Positions 38,583 to 50,187 are shown, counted from the first letter of the stretch. The stretch: 64,000 nt of DNA from an uncultured Gemmatimonadales bacterium (GCA_963793305.1 CAWBZV010000003.1:832001-896000), one strand, 5' to 3'. Notes: generated from the letters alone by a model not told the origin. Translations and numbers: made by a program.

Positions 38583-41483
38583 ATGCGAATCCTTTCGATG
38601 TGGGCCCTCGTCGCTTGGGCGTCTGTCGCACAAGCGCAACCAAAAATGCAGTGGCGCCTCGTGGGTCCATTCCGAGGCGGACGCGCGCTAGTCATTGAGG
38701 GGATCGCCGGCGATCCCGCGACGTTTTATTTCGGTGGCGTTGCCGGCGGTGTCTGGCGAAGTGGAAACGCCGGCCGCACGTGGGACGCAATAACCGACGG
38801 GCAAACATTCGCGTCGATCGGCGCGCTGGCCTTGGCTCCTTCCGACCCGCACGTGATGTACGTCGGCGCGGGCGAAGCCGACATGCGGTCGGACATCACG
38901 TATGGCAACGGGATGTGGAAGTCGGCCGACGCCGGCCATAGCTGGACGCACCTAGGCCTCGACTCGACGCGACAGATCGCGCGCATTCTCGTCGATCCGC
39001 GCGATCCCAACACGCTCTTGGTTGCCGCGCTCGGCCACGCGTACGGGCCGAACGCTGATCGCGGGGTGTATCGCTCGACGGACGGCGGGCAGACGTGGCA
39101 GAAAGTGTTGTATCGGAACGAGCGCACCGGCGCGATCGATCTCGCGTGGGACCCGAAAGACCCGCACACCGTGTACGCCGCCCTCTGGGAGGCGCACCGG
39201 CCGCCGTGGAGCCAGTACCCACCAATCGAAGGTCCTGGCGGCGGCGTCTTCAAGTCGACCGACGAAGGGCTCACGTGGACCGAGCTCTCGGGGTTGCCCA
39301 AGGATGGGGGACGGATTGGGCTGGCGACGGTGCAGGGTGTGGTCTACGCCATCTGCGAGGGCAAGGGCCTGTTTCGCTCGGACGATGGCGGCGCCACGTG
39401 GCGGCAGACGAGTACGGACCCGCGCCTGGGCCGCGGATGGTATTTCGGCCAGGTGTTCGTCGACCCGTCGAATCCGGACGTCGTCTACGCGCCGAACGTC
39501 GCGATCCTCCGGTCGACCGACGGTGGCAAGACGTTCACGGCGATCAAGGGCAATCCGGGCGGCGACGACTATCACTATATGTGGATCGACCCCACGAGCT
39601 CGAAACATGTCGCGTTCGCCAGTGACCAGGGCGTGGGGGTGAGCTTCGACTACGGCGCGACGTGGAGCGAGTGGTTCAACCAGCCGACCGCCCAGTTCTA
39701 TCATGTGATCACCGACAATCGGTGGCCGTACTGGATCTACGGCGCCCAGCAGGACGCGGGCAGCATGGGCGTCGTGAGCCGAAGCGACTACGGCACCATC
39801 ACGTACCGCGACTGGATGCTGCCGGGCGCGGGCGAGAGCGGCATGATCGCGCTCGATCCGCTCGACTCGAACATCATCTATGGCGGCAACACCTACGGCG
39901 GGTTGCTGCGCTTCGACCGCACGACGAACGTGACGCAGGACATCCAGCCGTGGCCGCGCGACGCGTTCGATGTGCCGATCGACAAGCGCCGCTACCGGTT
40001 CACGTGGACCTCGCCGCTCGTGTTCGATCCGATCGACAAGCGCACGTTGTATTTCGGGTCGCAGCGTCTCTTGAAGACGACCGACGGCGGGCTCTCCTGG
40101 CAGTTCGCGAGCCCCGCTCTCACACGCTCGGACTCCGGTGTCATCTATGCCCTCGCCCCCTCGCCCAAGCGTGAGGGCATCATCTGGGCGGGCGCGGACG
40201 ACGGAAGGATTCAAGTCACGCTGGACCGGGGACTCCATTGGCGCAATGTCACGCCACCGGACTTGGCGCCCTGGAGCAAAGCCAGCATCATCGACGCCTC
40301 TCCACTCGACTCGGCGACCGCGTACGTCGCGATCGATCGCCACCGCCTCGATGATATCGCGCCCTACATCTATCGGACGCACGACCTCGGCGCGCACTGG
40401 AGTCGTGCCGATCAGGGTATCCCGTTCGGCGCCTACGTGCGTGCCGTGCGCGCGGATCCCGTGCGCAAAGGCCTGCTCTACGCCGGCACGGAGCTGGGCG
40501 TCTATGTCTCGTACGACGACGGCGATCACTGGCAGTCGTTGCAGCTGAATCTCCCGCTGTCGCCGATTCACGATCTGGTCGTGCACGATGGCGATCTCAT
40601 CGTCGCGACCCATGGGCGTTCGTTCTGGGTGCTCGACGACCTCTCGCCGCTCCGGGACAACGCGCGCGGCGACGTGCACCTATTCGCCCCAGCGCGCGCG
40701 GTTCGCGTGCGACGCAGCGTGAACCAGGATACGCCGCTGCCGCCCGAGACGCCGCACGGCGACAATCCGCCCGCCGGCGCGATCATCGACTACTATCTCG
40801 CCTCTCACCCGAGCGCACCGATCGCTCTCGACATTCTCGATCGCCAAGGGACCGTCGTGCGCCACTTCGCCAGCGATCAGCTGGGCGATGACTCGACGGT
40901 CAGCTCGCCGAAGCACCCGCCGTCGTTCACGAGCGACTGGCTCCCGCGTCCGGTGATCCTGCCGGCCGACTCCGGGATCAATCGGTTCGTGTGGGACCTA
41001 CGTTATCCTCGTCCCCCCGCGTCCGAGCACGAGTACAGCATCTCAGCCATCCCCGGCGCCGGCACTGTCGCCGACCCCGAAGGACCATTCGTCGTGCCCG
41101 GCACCTATCAGGTGCGCCTGACGGTCAACGGCGTCACCCACACGCAGCCGCTGCGCGTGGTCCTCGATCCTCGCTTGCGCCTCGCGCCAACGGTGCTCGC
41201 CACGCAACTCGCGGTCGCCAAGCGCATTTGGAACGCGATGGCCCAAGCCGATGCACTTTCTCACGCGGTCGGCGACAGCGCCATGCAGTCCGTGCACGCC
41301 GACGGGATCGCGGGCGGCCTCGCGAAGCTCATGACGATGGTCGAGAGCGCCGACCGGCCGACGCCGACGCCGGTGCTCGAAGCGCTCACCGATTTCCAGG
41401 CGCAACTCACGGCGGCAGTCGCCAAACTCCATGCGCAGATCACACCGCGCACCTTGACATCGCGTCACGAAAAGAGAAACTAG
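38583..41483 (+). CDS. Secreted VPS10/BNR-repeat glycosyl hydrolase-like protein
   Basis: WRLVGPFRGGR start; many Asp-box repeats (SxDGGxTW). Confidence 0.9.
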   Translation: MRILSMWALVAWASVAQAQPKMQWRLVGPFRGGRALVIEGIAGDPATFYFGGVAGGVWRSGNAGRTWDAITDGQTFASIGALALAPSDPHVMYVGAGEADMRSDITYGNGMWKSADAGHSWTHLGLDSTRQIARILVDPRDPNTLLVAALGHAYGPNADRGVYRSTDGGQTWQKVLYRNERTGAIDLAWDPKDPHTVYAALWEAHRPPWSQYPPIEGPGGGVFKSTDEGLTWTELSGLPKDGGRIGLATVQGVVYAICEGKGLFRSDDGGATWRQTSTDPRLGRGWYFGQVFVDPSNPDVVYAPNVAILRSTDGGKTFTAIKGNPGGDDYHYMWIDPTSSKHVAFASDQGVGVSFDYGATWSEWFNQPTAQFYHVITDNRWPYWIYGAQQDAGSMGVVSRSDYGTITYRDWMLPGAGESGMIALDPLDSNIIYGGNTYGGLLRFDRTTNVTQDIQPWPRDAFDVPIDKRRYRFTWTSPLVFDPIDKRTLYFGSQRLLKTTDGGLSWQFASPALTRSDSGVIYALAPSPKREGIIWAGADDGRIQVTLDRGLHWRNVTPPDLAPWSKASIIDASPLDSATAYVAIDRHRLDDIAPYIYRTHDLGAHWSRADQGIPFGAYVRAVRADPVRKGLLYAGTELGVYVSYDDGDHWQSLQLNLPLSPIHDLVVHDGDLIVATHGRSFWVLDDLSPLRDNARGDVHLFAPARAVRVRRSVNQDTPLPPETPHGDNPPAGAIIDYYLASHPSAPIALDILDRQGTVVRHFASDQLGDDSTVSSPKHPPSFTSDWLPRPVILPADSGINRFVWDLRYPRPPASEHEYSISAIPGAGTVADPEGPFVVPGTYQVRLTVNGVTHTQPLRVVLDPRLRLAPTVLATQLAVAKRIWNAMAQADALSHAVGDSAMQSVHADGIAGGLAKLMTMVESADRPTPTPVLEALTDFQAQLTAAVAKLHAQITPRTLTSRHEKRN

Positions 41484-41513
41484 GCACGTAGCGTGACGCA
41501 GAATTGAGAATGT

Positions 41514-41552
41514 CGGCGGGTGGGCGCACCGGGGTGCCCGCCGCCGCTTCTT
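41514..41552 (+). terminator. Putative intrinsic terminator
   Basis: GC-rich imperfect hairpin CGGCGG..GCACC-GG-GGTGC..CCGCCG followed by CTTCTT. Confidence 0.35.
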
Positions 41553-41587
41553 GTCCGCTCCGCACACTCGTAGTATCGTGGAGGGCT

Positions 41588-43183
41588 ATGACACCGCCCT
41601 CCTACGACGTTGCCATTATCGGCGCCGGCCACAACGCCCTCGTCACCGCTGCCTATCTCGCGCGCGCCGGCCTCCGCGTGATCGTGCTCGAGCGCCGCGA
41701 CGTGATCGGTGGCGCGTGCGTCTCCGAAGAAATCTGGCCGGGATACAAAGTCTCGACCGCATCCTACGTCAACAGTTTGTTGCGCCCGGAGATCATTCGC
41801 GATCTCGATCTCAAATCGCACGGATTCGAGATGATCCCGCGAAATCCGTCGTCCTTCTCGCCGTTCCCCGACGGTCGCTATCTCATGCTCGGCCCCGACA
41901 AGGCCGCGACGTATAACGAGATCGCGAAATTCTCGGCCAAGGACGCCGAGGCGCTGCCAAAATACGAGGCGATGCTCGAACGCGTGGCGGACTTCATCGA
42001 GCCGACGCTCACGATGACGCCGCCGGATCCCTGGTCGTTCGCGCCCGAGAATCTCTTCAAGCTCGCCAAACTTGGCTGGGGGTTCGCCAAGCTCGGCACA
42101 CACGGCGTGGAAGCAGTGGACGTCCTCACCGGCGCCGCACGGCCCATTCTCGACCGGTGGTTCGAATCCGAGCAGCTCAAGGTCACGCTGGCTACCGATG
42201 CGGTTATCGGCGCCAAGGCCTCACCCTCGATGCCCGGGACCGCCTACGTGCTGTTCCATCACGTCATGGGCGAGACCAACGGCGTGCGCGGCGTCTGGGG
42301 CTATGTGCGCGGCGGCATGGGCGGCATATCGAATAGCATCGCCTCCGCGGCCCGCGCGGCGGGCGCCGAGATCCGGACCAACGCCAAGGTCGCGCAAATC
42401 GTCATTCGCGAGAATCGCGTGCAGGGTGTCGTGCTCGAAGACGGCACCGAGATCACCGCTACGCGCGTGGCGTCAGGCGCCGACGCACACGTGACCTTCG
42501 AGCGCCTGGTCGATCGCAAAGACCTGCCGGACGATTTCGCGAGCGCCGTCTCCAACATCGACTACTCGAGCGCGAGCCTCAAGATCAACGTGGCGCTATC
42601 CGAGCTGCCGGATTTCACGGCGTGCCGCGGCACCGCGCCCGGGCCGCAGCATCGCGGCACCATCCACATCTGCCCGACGCTCGACTACATCGAAGAGGCG
42701 TACGACGACGTCAAGTACGACCGGCCGTCGCGGAGTCCCATTCTCGAATGCACGATTCCCTCGGTGCTCGACAACACCGTCGCGCCGCCCGGCAAGCATC
42801 TCATGTCGATGTTTATCCAGTACTTCCCGTACAAGCTTCGCAATGGCCAGTCCGTCGATCAGGCGAAGAATGCGTTCGCCGATCGGTGCTTCGACATCCT
42901 GAGCGAATATGCGCCCAACTTCAAGCGCGCGGTCATCGATCGGCAGGTGCTGGCGCCGGTCGACATCGAGCAGCGCTATGGGTTGACCGGGGGGAACATC
43001 ATGCAAGGCGCCATGGCGCTCAACTCCCTCTTCTTCATGCGCCCCGTGGGCGGATACGCCAACTATCGCACTCCGGTCAAGAATCTCTATCTCTGTGGCG
43101 CGGCCACGCATCCGGGCGGCGGCGTCATGGGAGCGTGCGGATATAACGCCGCCCGCGAGATCCTGAAAGACGCGCGGCGGTGA
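41588..43183 (+). CDS. Phytoene-dehydrogenase-family FAD oxidoreductase (PYROXD2-like)
   Basis: GGAGG RBS; IIGAGHNALV..VLERR..GGAC; YVRGGMGG; LYLCGAATHPGGGVMG. Confidence 0.9.
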   Translation: MTPPSYDVAIIGAGHNALVTAAYLARAGLRVIVLERRDVIGGACVSEEIWPGYKVSTASYVNSLLRPEIIRDLDLKSHGFEMIPRNPSSFSPFPDGRYLMLGPDKAATYNEIAKFSAKDAEALPKYEAMLERVADFIEPTLTMTPPDPWSFAPENLFKLAKLGWGFAKLGTHGVEAVDVLTGAARPILDRWFESEQLKVTLATDAVIGAKASPSMPGTAYVLFHHVMGETNGVRGVWGYVRGGMGGISNSIASAARAAGAEIRTNAKVAQIVIRENRVQGVVLEDGTEITATRVASGADAHVTFERLVDRKDLPDDFASAVSNIDYSSASLKINVALSELPDFTACRGTAPGPQHRGTIHICPTLDYIEEAYDDVKYDRPSRSPILECTIPSVLDNTVAPPGKHLMSMFIQYFPYKLRNGQSVDQAKNAFADRCFDILSEYAPNFKRAVIDRQVLAPVDIEQRYGLTGGNIMQGAMALNSLFFMRPVGGYANYRTPVKNLYLCGAATHPGGGVMGACGYNAAREILKDARR

Positions 43184-43187
43184 CGCT

Positions 43188-44247
43188 GTGACGCTGGAGC
43201 GCACCCTCGATCGCTCGTGCTATCTCTCCGCGGACTTTTATGCTCGCGAGCGCGAGGGGATCTTCTCTCGCGAATGGGTCTACGTTGGCCGTGCGCCTGA
43301 GGAGCGCGGGTCGTATTGCGTCGTCGACGTTGCCGGCGAAGGCATTCTTATAGTGCGTGGCGACGACGGGCTGCACGGTTTTTACAACTTGTGCCGCCAT
43401 TGCGGCTGCCAGCTCGTTCTCGGGGAGGGCGAGTCCACCGGGCGATTTGGGACGGCAATTCGATGTCCATATCACTCGTGGACATATGCGTTCGATGGTA
43501 CGCTGAAAAACGCGCCGTTTCTCGATGAACCACCGGATCTACCCTTGCATCGCGTCTCGGTCGACACGTGGGGCGGGTTCCTGTTTGCCAGCTTGGAGCC
43601 GCGCCAGACGTTGGCCGAGCAACTCGGGCAGATTCCGGAACGCTTGCGGCGATATCCGTTGGCCGAGCTCCGGGTAGCGAGGAGCATCGAGTACGACGTC
43701 GCCGCCAACTGGAAGGTGATCCTCGAGAACTACAACGAGTGCTATCACTGCGCAGGCGTGCACCCCGAGTTGTGCGCTATAGTCCCGGCATTCAAATACC
43801 GCGGCGGCTCCGATCTCGACTGGGACTGCGGCATCCCTCACGCACCGGGCGCGTGGACGTTCACGAAGACCGGGACGACCAACAGGGTCCCGTTCGCCGG
43901 TCTCGACGCGGACGAGCAGACACGGCACAAAGGTGAGCTGATCTATCCGAACTTCATGTGCAGCTTGTCGGCCGAGCACGTGGCGACGTTTCGGCTGCAG
44001 CCAAAGGGCCCCGAACGCACGGTCGTCACGTTCGACTGTCTGTTTCATCCTGATGCGATCGCCGCGCCCGACTTCGACCCGAGCGACGCCGTCGACTTCT
44101 GGCACGTTGTGAACGTCCAGGACTGGACGATCTGCGAAGGTGTCCAACGCGGCATGCACGCCCGGCCATTCGAGACCGGGTTCTACGCCCCCATGGAAAG
44201 CCTGAGCCTCGACATTCGGCGCTATATCCGAGAGCGCCTCGGATCGA
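43188..44247 (+). CDS. Rieske non-heme iron oxygenase alpha subunit (choline/betaine/stachydrine-type); stop obscured by an insertion near 44245
   Basis: CRH..CPYH Rieske motif; ANWKVILENYNECYHCAGVH iron site; QDWTICEGVQRG. Confidence 0.9.
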
Positions 44248-45416
44248 CGCGCGCGGGAATTCGAGTACATCGTCCTTGGACTCGGCGGCCTCGGCTCCGG
44301 CGCCGCATACTGGCTGAGCAAACGCGCCGGCGCCGACGTGCTCGGCATCGAGCAGTTCGAGCTCGGACACGCGAGAGGCGAGTCGCAGGATCACTCGCGG
44401 ATTATTCGCCTTTCGTACCACCTCCCCGTGTACGTCGAGTTGGCGAAACGCGCCTACGAGTCATGGGACATGCTGGCCGCCGATGCAGGCGAATCGCTTG
44501 TCCTTCGCACCGGTGGCCTCGACCTCGGCCCCCGCTCGGGCGCGATCCCACTGCTGGGGCTATGCCGACAGCATGAGCAAAGCCGGTGTCGCGTACGAGT
44601 GGCTCGACGCCAGAGAGATCATGCGGCGGTGGCCGCAATGGACATTGCCCGACGACGTGCACGGGTTGTTTCAGGCTCGCGCGGGGATCGCGATGGCGGC
44701 TCGCGCGAATGCCGCGCATCAGAACAATGGCGCGCGCCTTCGGCGCGACGCTGCTGGAGAACACTCCGGTCACGGCCGTTGCGTCCGCCGTGGAGAGGTA
44801 CAGGTGCGACTCTGGCGGCGTGACGTATAGGGACGGCAAGCTGATCGTCGCGGCCGGGCCTTGGTCCGTCGATTGTCCTCGCTTCTTCGGAGCGAACATT
44901 CCACTCGAGGTCACGCAAGAGCAGGTGACCTATTTCGCGTCGCCCACGCCGGAAGAGTTTGCGCCGGATCGCTTTCCGGTGTGGATCTGGATGGACGACC
45001 CGTCCTACTACGGCTTTCCCGTGTTCGGAGAAAACGGCCCAAAAGTCGCCCGCGATGCGGGTGGCAAACCGGTGACGGCCGATACGAGAACCTTCGAACC
45101 AGACGCCGAGGCGATTCAGCGTATCAGAGAGTTTCTCGCGAAATTCTTGCCTGGTGCGGCCGGCCCAGAGATCTACACGAAGACGTGTCTCTACACGCTC
45201 ACGCCGGATCGCGATTTCGTCATCGACCGCGTCCCAGGCACCGACAACGTGTGGATCGTGATCGGCGCCGGCCACGCGTTCAAGTTTGCGTCCGTTATCG
45301 GCCGAATCCTGTCCGAGCTGGCAATCGACGCGCGGACGCCGTCGGACCTCCACCCATTCGGGATCGAACGGCCGATCCTGAAGATGGCGAATCCGCCGAA
45401 ACACTATATGCAATGA
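44243..45416 (+). CDS. solA: N-methyl-L-tryptophan / monomeric sarcosine oxidase; frameshifts near 44245-44256, 44558 and 44722
   Basis: YIVLGLGGLGSGAAYWL, EQFELGHARGESQDHSRIIR, CLYTLTPDRDF, GHAFKFASVIG across frames. Confidence 0.82.
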
Positions 45417-46819
45417 GAGCGGCGCTCGCAGTAGGACTATTGAGTATGACGATCATCGCCCCGATCGCCAGGGCGCAATCGCCCGACTCGGCCGATCTCG
45501 CGATTCGCGACGAAGGCGTACGCCGGCTCTCCGAGTATATCCAAGTCAACACGACGAACCCGCCAGGCAACGAGCTCGCGGCCGCGCATTGGCTCCAACA
45601 GGTCCTGGCCGCCGACGGTATCGAGGGCCAGATCCTGGATACCACTGAGCTCGGAGGTGGCCGCGCCAACTTCTACGCTCGGCTGCCCGCCACCGTCCCA
45701 GGAAATCGCTCGGCCATTGCTCTCGTAAGCCACATGGACGTCGTGCCGGTCACGCGCGAAGGTTGGTCGGTTGACCCGTTCGCGGGGCTAGTAAAAGACG
45801 GATACGTGTGGGGCCGCGGGGCGCTCGACATGAAAGGCCACGCGGTGATCCAACTCATGTCGCTCATTGCCTTGAAGCGATCCGGCATTCCGCGCACGCG
45901 TGATATCGTCTTTATCGGCAACGCCGACGAGGAATCCGATGGCGCTGGCGCGATTACGTTCGTGGCCAAGCACAAGGACCTCTTGTCGGGCGTGCAATTC
46001 TTGCTAACCGAGGGCGCCGATACCCGGGTCGAGAACGGCAAGGTGAAATGGTGGTCGATCAACGTCGGCGAGAAGCGCCCGTACTGGCAGCGGCTGACGG
46101 TACACGGCACAACGTCCCACGGTTCGATCCCCACGCCAGACAACCCCGTGCCAAGGCTGGCAAAGGCGCTGGCGCGGATCGCCGACTGGCAGACACCAGT
46201 CCGTGTGCTGCCATCCGTCGAGCGATTCTTCCAGGCCCAGGCCCGCTATGAGACCGGCGAGCACCGGAAATGGCTTTCGGACGCCGCAACCTGGATCCAC
46301 GACCCGCGGGCTCGCGCGTGGATCCTGTCCGAGCCCGAACGCAACGCGCTCCTGCGCAATACGGTCTCGATTACCGTACTCAAAGGCTCGAACAAGACGA
46401 ACACCATTCCGGCCGAAGCCTCCGCCGAATTAGATATACGGCTGCTCCCGGATGAGGACACGTTGGCGTTCCGTCAACAACTGATCCGGGTGATCAACGA
46501 CCCGAAGGTCAACGTCCACACGATCGACGGCGTCGAGCCCAAATTCAACGCGCCACTCGGCACGGAGATGTTCGTCGCCATCGAGCGAGTCGTGAAGGAG
46601 ATGCTCCCGGGAGTCCCGATCGCGACGCCGATCTCGGTCGGCGCGTCGGACCGTCCCACCTACGCCCAGGCCGGCATCGTCTGCTACGGACTCGACCCTT
46701 GGCTCGTCGACATTGAGGACAACCGGCGTGGGGTACACGGCAATGACGAGCGGCTATCGATCGACAATGTCGGCTTTGGGATTCGATTCTATCAACGTCT
46801 CCTGACGATTCTGCAATGA
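45413..46819 (+). CDS. M20/M25/M40 family metallo-hydrolase, secreted
   Basis: ATGA overlap; SHMDVVP, WGRGALDMKG, ADEE, HGS, HGNDER. Confidence 0.92.
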   Translation: MRAALAVGLLSMTIIAPIARAQSPDSADLAIRDEGVRRLSEYIQVNTTNPPGNELAAAHWLQQVLAADGIEGQILDTTELGGGRANFYARLPATVPGNRSAIALVSHMDVVPVTREGWSVDPFAGLVKDGYVWGRGALDMKGHAVIQLMSLIALKRSGIPRTRDIVFIGNADEESDGAGAITFVAKHKDLLSGVQFLLTEGADTRVENGKVKWWSINVGEKRPYWQRLTVHGTTSHGSIPTPDNPVPRLAKALARIADWQTPVRVLPSVERFFQAQARYETGEHRKWLSDAATWIHDPRARAWILSEPERNALLRNTVSITVLKGSNKTNTIPAEASAELDIRLLPDEDTLAFRQQLIRVINDPKVNVHTIDGVEPKFNAPLGTEMFVAIERVVKEMLPGVPIATPISVGASDRPTYAQAGIVCYGLDPWLVDIEDNRRGVHGNDERLSIDNVGFGIRFYQRLLTILQ

Positions 46820-48723
46820 GCGAAATCGCTTTATCAGACGAGGTGCTGTCCAACGTTTTCGAGTACGCCGGGATCGGCATGGCGATCACGTCGCTCGACA
46901 AGCGCTTTCTCCGCGTGAACGAGGGCCTCTCGGAGCTCCTCGGCTGGCCGGTCGACGCGCTCATCGGGCAGTCGGTCCACGACGTGTCGCACCCCGACGA
47001 TTTACCCGAGGACCTCCAGCTCCGCGATCAGTTGCTCGCCGGAACCATTCGCCGGTACACGCGCGAAAAGCGCTATCGGCACGCGTCAGGCCGCTACATC
47101 TGGGTCCAGGTGCACGTCGCCATCGTGCGAGACACGATGGGACAGCCATCGTACTTCGTGGGGCAGATCCACGACATCAGCGCCCGCAAGCGCGCCGAGG
47201 CATTGCTGCAGGAGTCCGAGGAACGATATCGCACGCTGATCGAGAATATCCCGATCGGGCTCTATCGCATGACGCCCGACGGACATTTCCTCAACGTCAA
47301 CGCCGCCCTCATGCAGATGCTCGGGTACACCGATCGCGCCGAGCTGCTGGCGACCGATACCCATGCCTTCTTCGTCGATCCGGACGACCGCGAACGGTTC
47401 GTCAAGGCGATGATGGATAACGACCCCGCGCCCGCGTCGATCGTCGTGCAGAAGCGACGCCGCGATGGCGGCCAGATCTGGTCGCGCATGACCGCGCGTA
47501 TCGTGCGCGGCGACAATGGGCAGCTGCTGTACTATGAGGGCGCGACGGAGGACATCACCGCGCTGCGGCAGAACGAGGAGCAGCTCCGGCAGTCTCAGAA
47601 AATGGAAGCCATGGGGCGGCTCGCCGGCGGCATCGCCCATGATTTCAATAACCTGTTGACGGCCATCAAGGGCAACGCAGCCATGGTCCTCGACTCGTTG
47701 CCGCAAGGCTCGCCCGATGCGCTCTGCCTCCAGGAATTGGATGCCGCAGCAACTCGGGCCGCCGGGCTCACGCGCCAGTTGCTCGCATTCAGCCGCCGCC
47801 AGGTCCTGCAAACCCAGGTCCTGGACCTGAACGCGATCATCGCCGAATCTCGCCCGCTCTTGGGCCGCCTGATCCGGGAAGACATCGAGGTTATCGTCAC
47901 CCCTGACGCCACGGCAACATACGTCCGCGGCGATCGGAGCCAGATCGACCAGGTCCTGCTCAATCTCGCCGTCAATGCGCGCGATGCCATGCCGCACGGT
48001 GGCGTGCTGTCGCTGCGCACGATGAACGTCCTGTTCGATTCCGCCCGCTCGACGATCACCGGGCTATCGCAGGGCCGCTACGTGCTCTTGTCCGTGAGTG
48101 ACAACGGCTGCGGGATGGACGCCGAAACTCGCGCCAGAATCTTCGAGCCGTTCTTCACGACGAAAGAGCGAGGCAAAGGCACGGGCCTCGGCCTCGCCAT
48201 CGTTTACGGGATCGTGAGACAGAGTGGCGGGGCAATCGAAGTCGACACCGCGCCAGGCGCGGGCGCAACGTTCAACATCTATCTGCCCGTGTGCGAGACC
48301 TGCGCGGCCGAAGCGCAGCTGCCGCCGGCCGGACGGCCGAAGGCGGCGAACGGCAAGAGCGTGCTCGTGGTCGAAGACGAAGAAGCCGTACGGCGGTACG
48401 CCGCCCGCGTGCTTGCCAACGAGGGCTACACCGTGGTCGAGGCGGGAGACGGAGTCGAGGCGCTCGATCGTTGGCAGACCCAGGGCGGCGTCGACGTGGT
48501 ACTGACTGACGTCATCATGCCCCGCATGGGCGGCCGGATACTCGTCGAGCGCCTGCGCGCAATGCGCCCGGATCTGCCCGTCGTTTTTATGTCCGGCTAC
48601 GCCGAGGACTCGATGCCTTCCGTGCTTTTTTTGGAGAAGCCTTTCGGCGCGGACGCGATGGCGCGGGTCGTCGCGACGGCTTTGCGTGCTCCAAGCTCCG
48701 CCACAGGTACCAAGCCGCAATAG
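46816..48723 (+). CDS. Hybrid PAS-PAS histidine kinase / receiver (CckA-like)
   Basis: [56 protein letters not shown]. Confidence 0.93.
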   Translation: MSEIALSDEVLSNVFEYAGIGMAITSLDKRFLRVNEGLSELLGWPVDALIGQSVHDVSHPDDLPEDLQLRDQLLAGTIRRYTREKRYRHASGRYIWVQVHVAIVRDTMGQPSYFVGQIHDISARKRAEALLQESEERYRTLIENIPIGLYRMTPDGHFLNVNAALMQMLGYTDRAELLATDTHAFFVDPDDRERFVKAMMDNDPAPASIVVQKRRRDGGQIWSRMTARIVRGDNGQLLYYEGATEDITALRQNEEQLRQSQKMEAMGRLAGGIAHDFNNLLTAIKGNAAMVLDSLPQGSPDALCLQELDAAATRAAGLTRQLLAFSRRQVLQTQVLDLNAIIAESRPLLGRLIREDIEVIVTPDATATYVRGDRSQIDQVLLNLAVNARDAMPHGGVLSLRTMNVLFDSARSTITGLSQGRYVLLSVSDNGCGMDAETRARIFEPFFTTKERGKGTGLGLAIVYGIVRQSGGAIEVDTAPGAGATFNIYLPVCETCAAEAQLPPAGRPKAANGKSVLVVEDEEAVRRYAARVLANEGYTVVEAGDGVEALDRWQTQGGVDVVLTDVIMPRMGGRILVERLRAMRPDLPVVFMSGYAEDSMPSVLFLEKPFGADAMARVVATALRAPSSATGTKPQ

Positions 48724-49285
48724 TCCCGTGCGGCTCCCAGCGGGCGCCGATCTCCTGTACCCTGGCCGGCGTCGGAAGCTTGCGTAGGCCGTAAGCGCGC
48801 TGCACCGCTTTGCGAATCCCGAGATCGAGCTCGGGGATGACGTTCGGGCGACCGAGCCGGAACATCAGGAACATCTGCGCCGACCACCGGCCGATCCCCT
48901 TCACCTGCACGAGCGCGTCCATGATCGCTGCGTCATCGAGCTCATGGAGGCGATCGACCGGAAGCCGGCCATCGAGCGCATGCGCCGAGAGATCCTTCAC
49001 ATACTTGATCTTCGCCCACGAGAGCCCGGCTCCGCGCAGCGTGGCATCATCAGTCGCCAACAACTCAACCGCGGTCGGTGCGCGATCGCCATACAGTGCG
49101 TGCACGCGAGAATAGATCGTTGACGCGGCCTTACCCGAGAGCTGCTGGAAGACGATCGCGCGTACGATATGATCGAAATGGGTGCCCTCGGCGCGGACCT
49201 CGAACCGGCATGGCCCCACGAGGTCGATCACCTGGGCCATGGCGGGGTCGGATTTCTTGAGATGACTGACGGCACGGGTGTGCAT
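48587..49285 (-). CDS. alkA: DNA-3-methyladenine glycosylase II (AlkA/HhH-GPD)
   Basis: IVFQQLSGKAA, GLSWAK, VKGIGRWSAQMFLMF, LDLGIRK, AWYLW. Confidence 0.9.
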   Translation of the reverse strand: MHTRAVSHLKKSDPAMAQVIDLVGPCRFEVRAEGTHFDHIVRAIVFQQLSGKAASTIYSRVHALYGDRAPTAVELLATDDATLRGAGLSWAKIKYVKDLSAHALDGRLPVDRLHELDDAAIMDALVQVKGIGRWSAQMFLMFRLGRPNVIPELDLGIRKAVQRAYGLRKLPTPARVQEIGARWEPHGTIAAWYLWRSLEHAKPSRRPAPSRPRRKASPKKARKASSPRRSRT

Positions 49286-49302
49286 GGGTCAAATTTAGCC
49301 AT

Positions 49303-50187
49303 ATGCACATCTTCGGCACGCATCCGCCCGATACCGGCGGCATGGACATGGCCGTGCGACGCTCGGCGAACGCCGGCATGACCGCCGTCCAGATCTTTAC
49401 CGCGATTCCGAAGTTTTACGGCGACAAGAGCAATATCAATCCCGACCGGATTACTCGCTTCAAAACCGCGCTCGCCGAAACCAGCATGTCTCCCAAGCAT
49501 GTCATGGCGCACGGCGCGTATGTGCTGAACGTGTCCACGAACAATGACGAGCAGTACGCCCGCGCGAGTGGAGGCCTCAGGAAAGAATTGGAGCGCTCCA
49601 CGACATTGGGGTTGGGACAATTTTGCTTTCACCCCGGAGCGGCCGTCTCCGGCGATCCCGAAGCGGCTTACGCGCGGGTGGCGAGAGCGATAACCGCGGC
49701 CATCGAGGCCGTGCCAGGTCAGACCCGCGTACTGGTCGAGAATACGGCCGGAGCAGGACGTACGGTGGGCCGAACACCGGCTGAGATTGGAACGATTCTA
49801 GCCGAAGTGCCCAAGGCACTGAGATATCGCACCGGTTATGGACTCGATACGTGTCATCTCTTTGCGGCGGGATTCGATATCGCAAAAGACGAGAAGACCC
49901 TAACAGAGACCCTCGATGCCTTCGAGGAGGCCACCGGAGAGCCACCGTCGTTCTTTCACCTGAACGACAGCGAGGGCGCGCTCGGCTCGAACCGTGACCG
50001 TCACATGCTCATCGGTGAGGGACAGATCGGCGTCGAGCCGTTCCGTTGGCTCCTCCGGGATCGTCGAACCTCGGGCATTCCGCTGATCCTCGAGACCCCG
50101 CAGCTCTATGCAGAGCCAGCCAAGGAAGACGCGACGGCTGATCCCTACGACATCAAGATGCTAGGTTTGTTGAAGAGTCTGGAGTAG
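49303..50187 (+). CDS. nfo: Endonuclease IV
   Basis: Zn-ligand motifs HGAY, FHPG, ENTAG, DTCH, HLNDS, DRH and ETP all present. Confidence 0.93.
   Translation: MHIFGTHPPDTGGMDMAVRRSANAGMTAVQIFTAIPKFYGDKSNINPDRITRFKTALAETSMSPKHVMAHGAYVLNVSTNNDEQYARASGGLRKELERSTTLGLGQFCFHPGAAVSGDPEAAYARVARAITAAIEAVPGQTRVLVENTAGAGRTVGRTPAEIGTILAEVPKALRYRTGYGLDTCHLFAAGFDIAKDEKTLTETLDAFEEATGEPPSFFHLNDSEGALGSNRDRHMLIGEGQIGVEPFRWLLRDRRTSGIPLILETPQLYAEPAKEDATADPYDIKMLGLLKSLE

Noticed and set aside
41588..43183. Carotenoid desaturase crtI
   Set aside because: No other crt genes nearby; motifs and context fit the PYROXD2-like branch.
43188..44576. Rieske-SolA fusion or extended Rieske C-terminus
   Set aside because: Removing one C at 44245 restores a GGA-TGA stop with an ATGA overlap; the read-through tail is out-of-frame solA.
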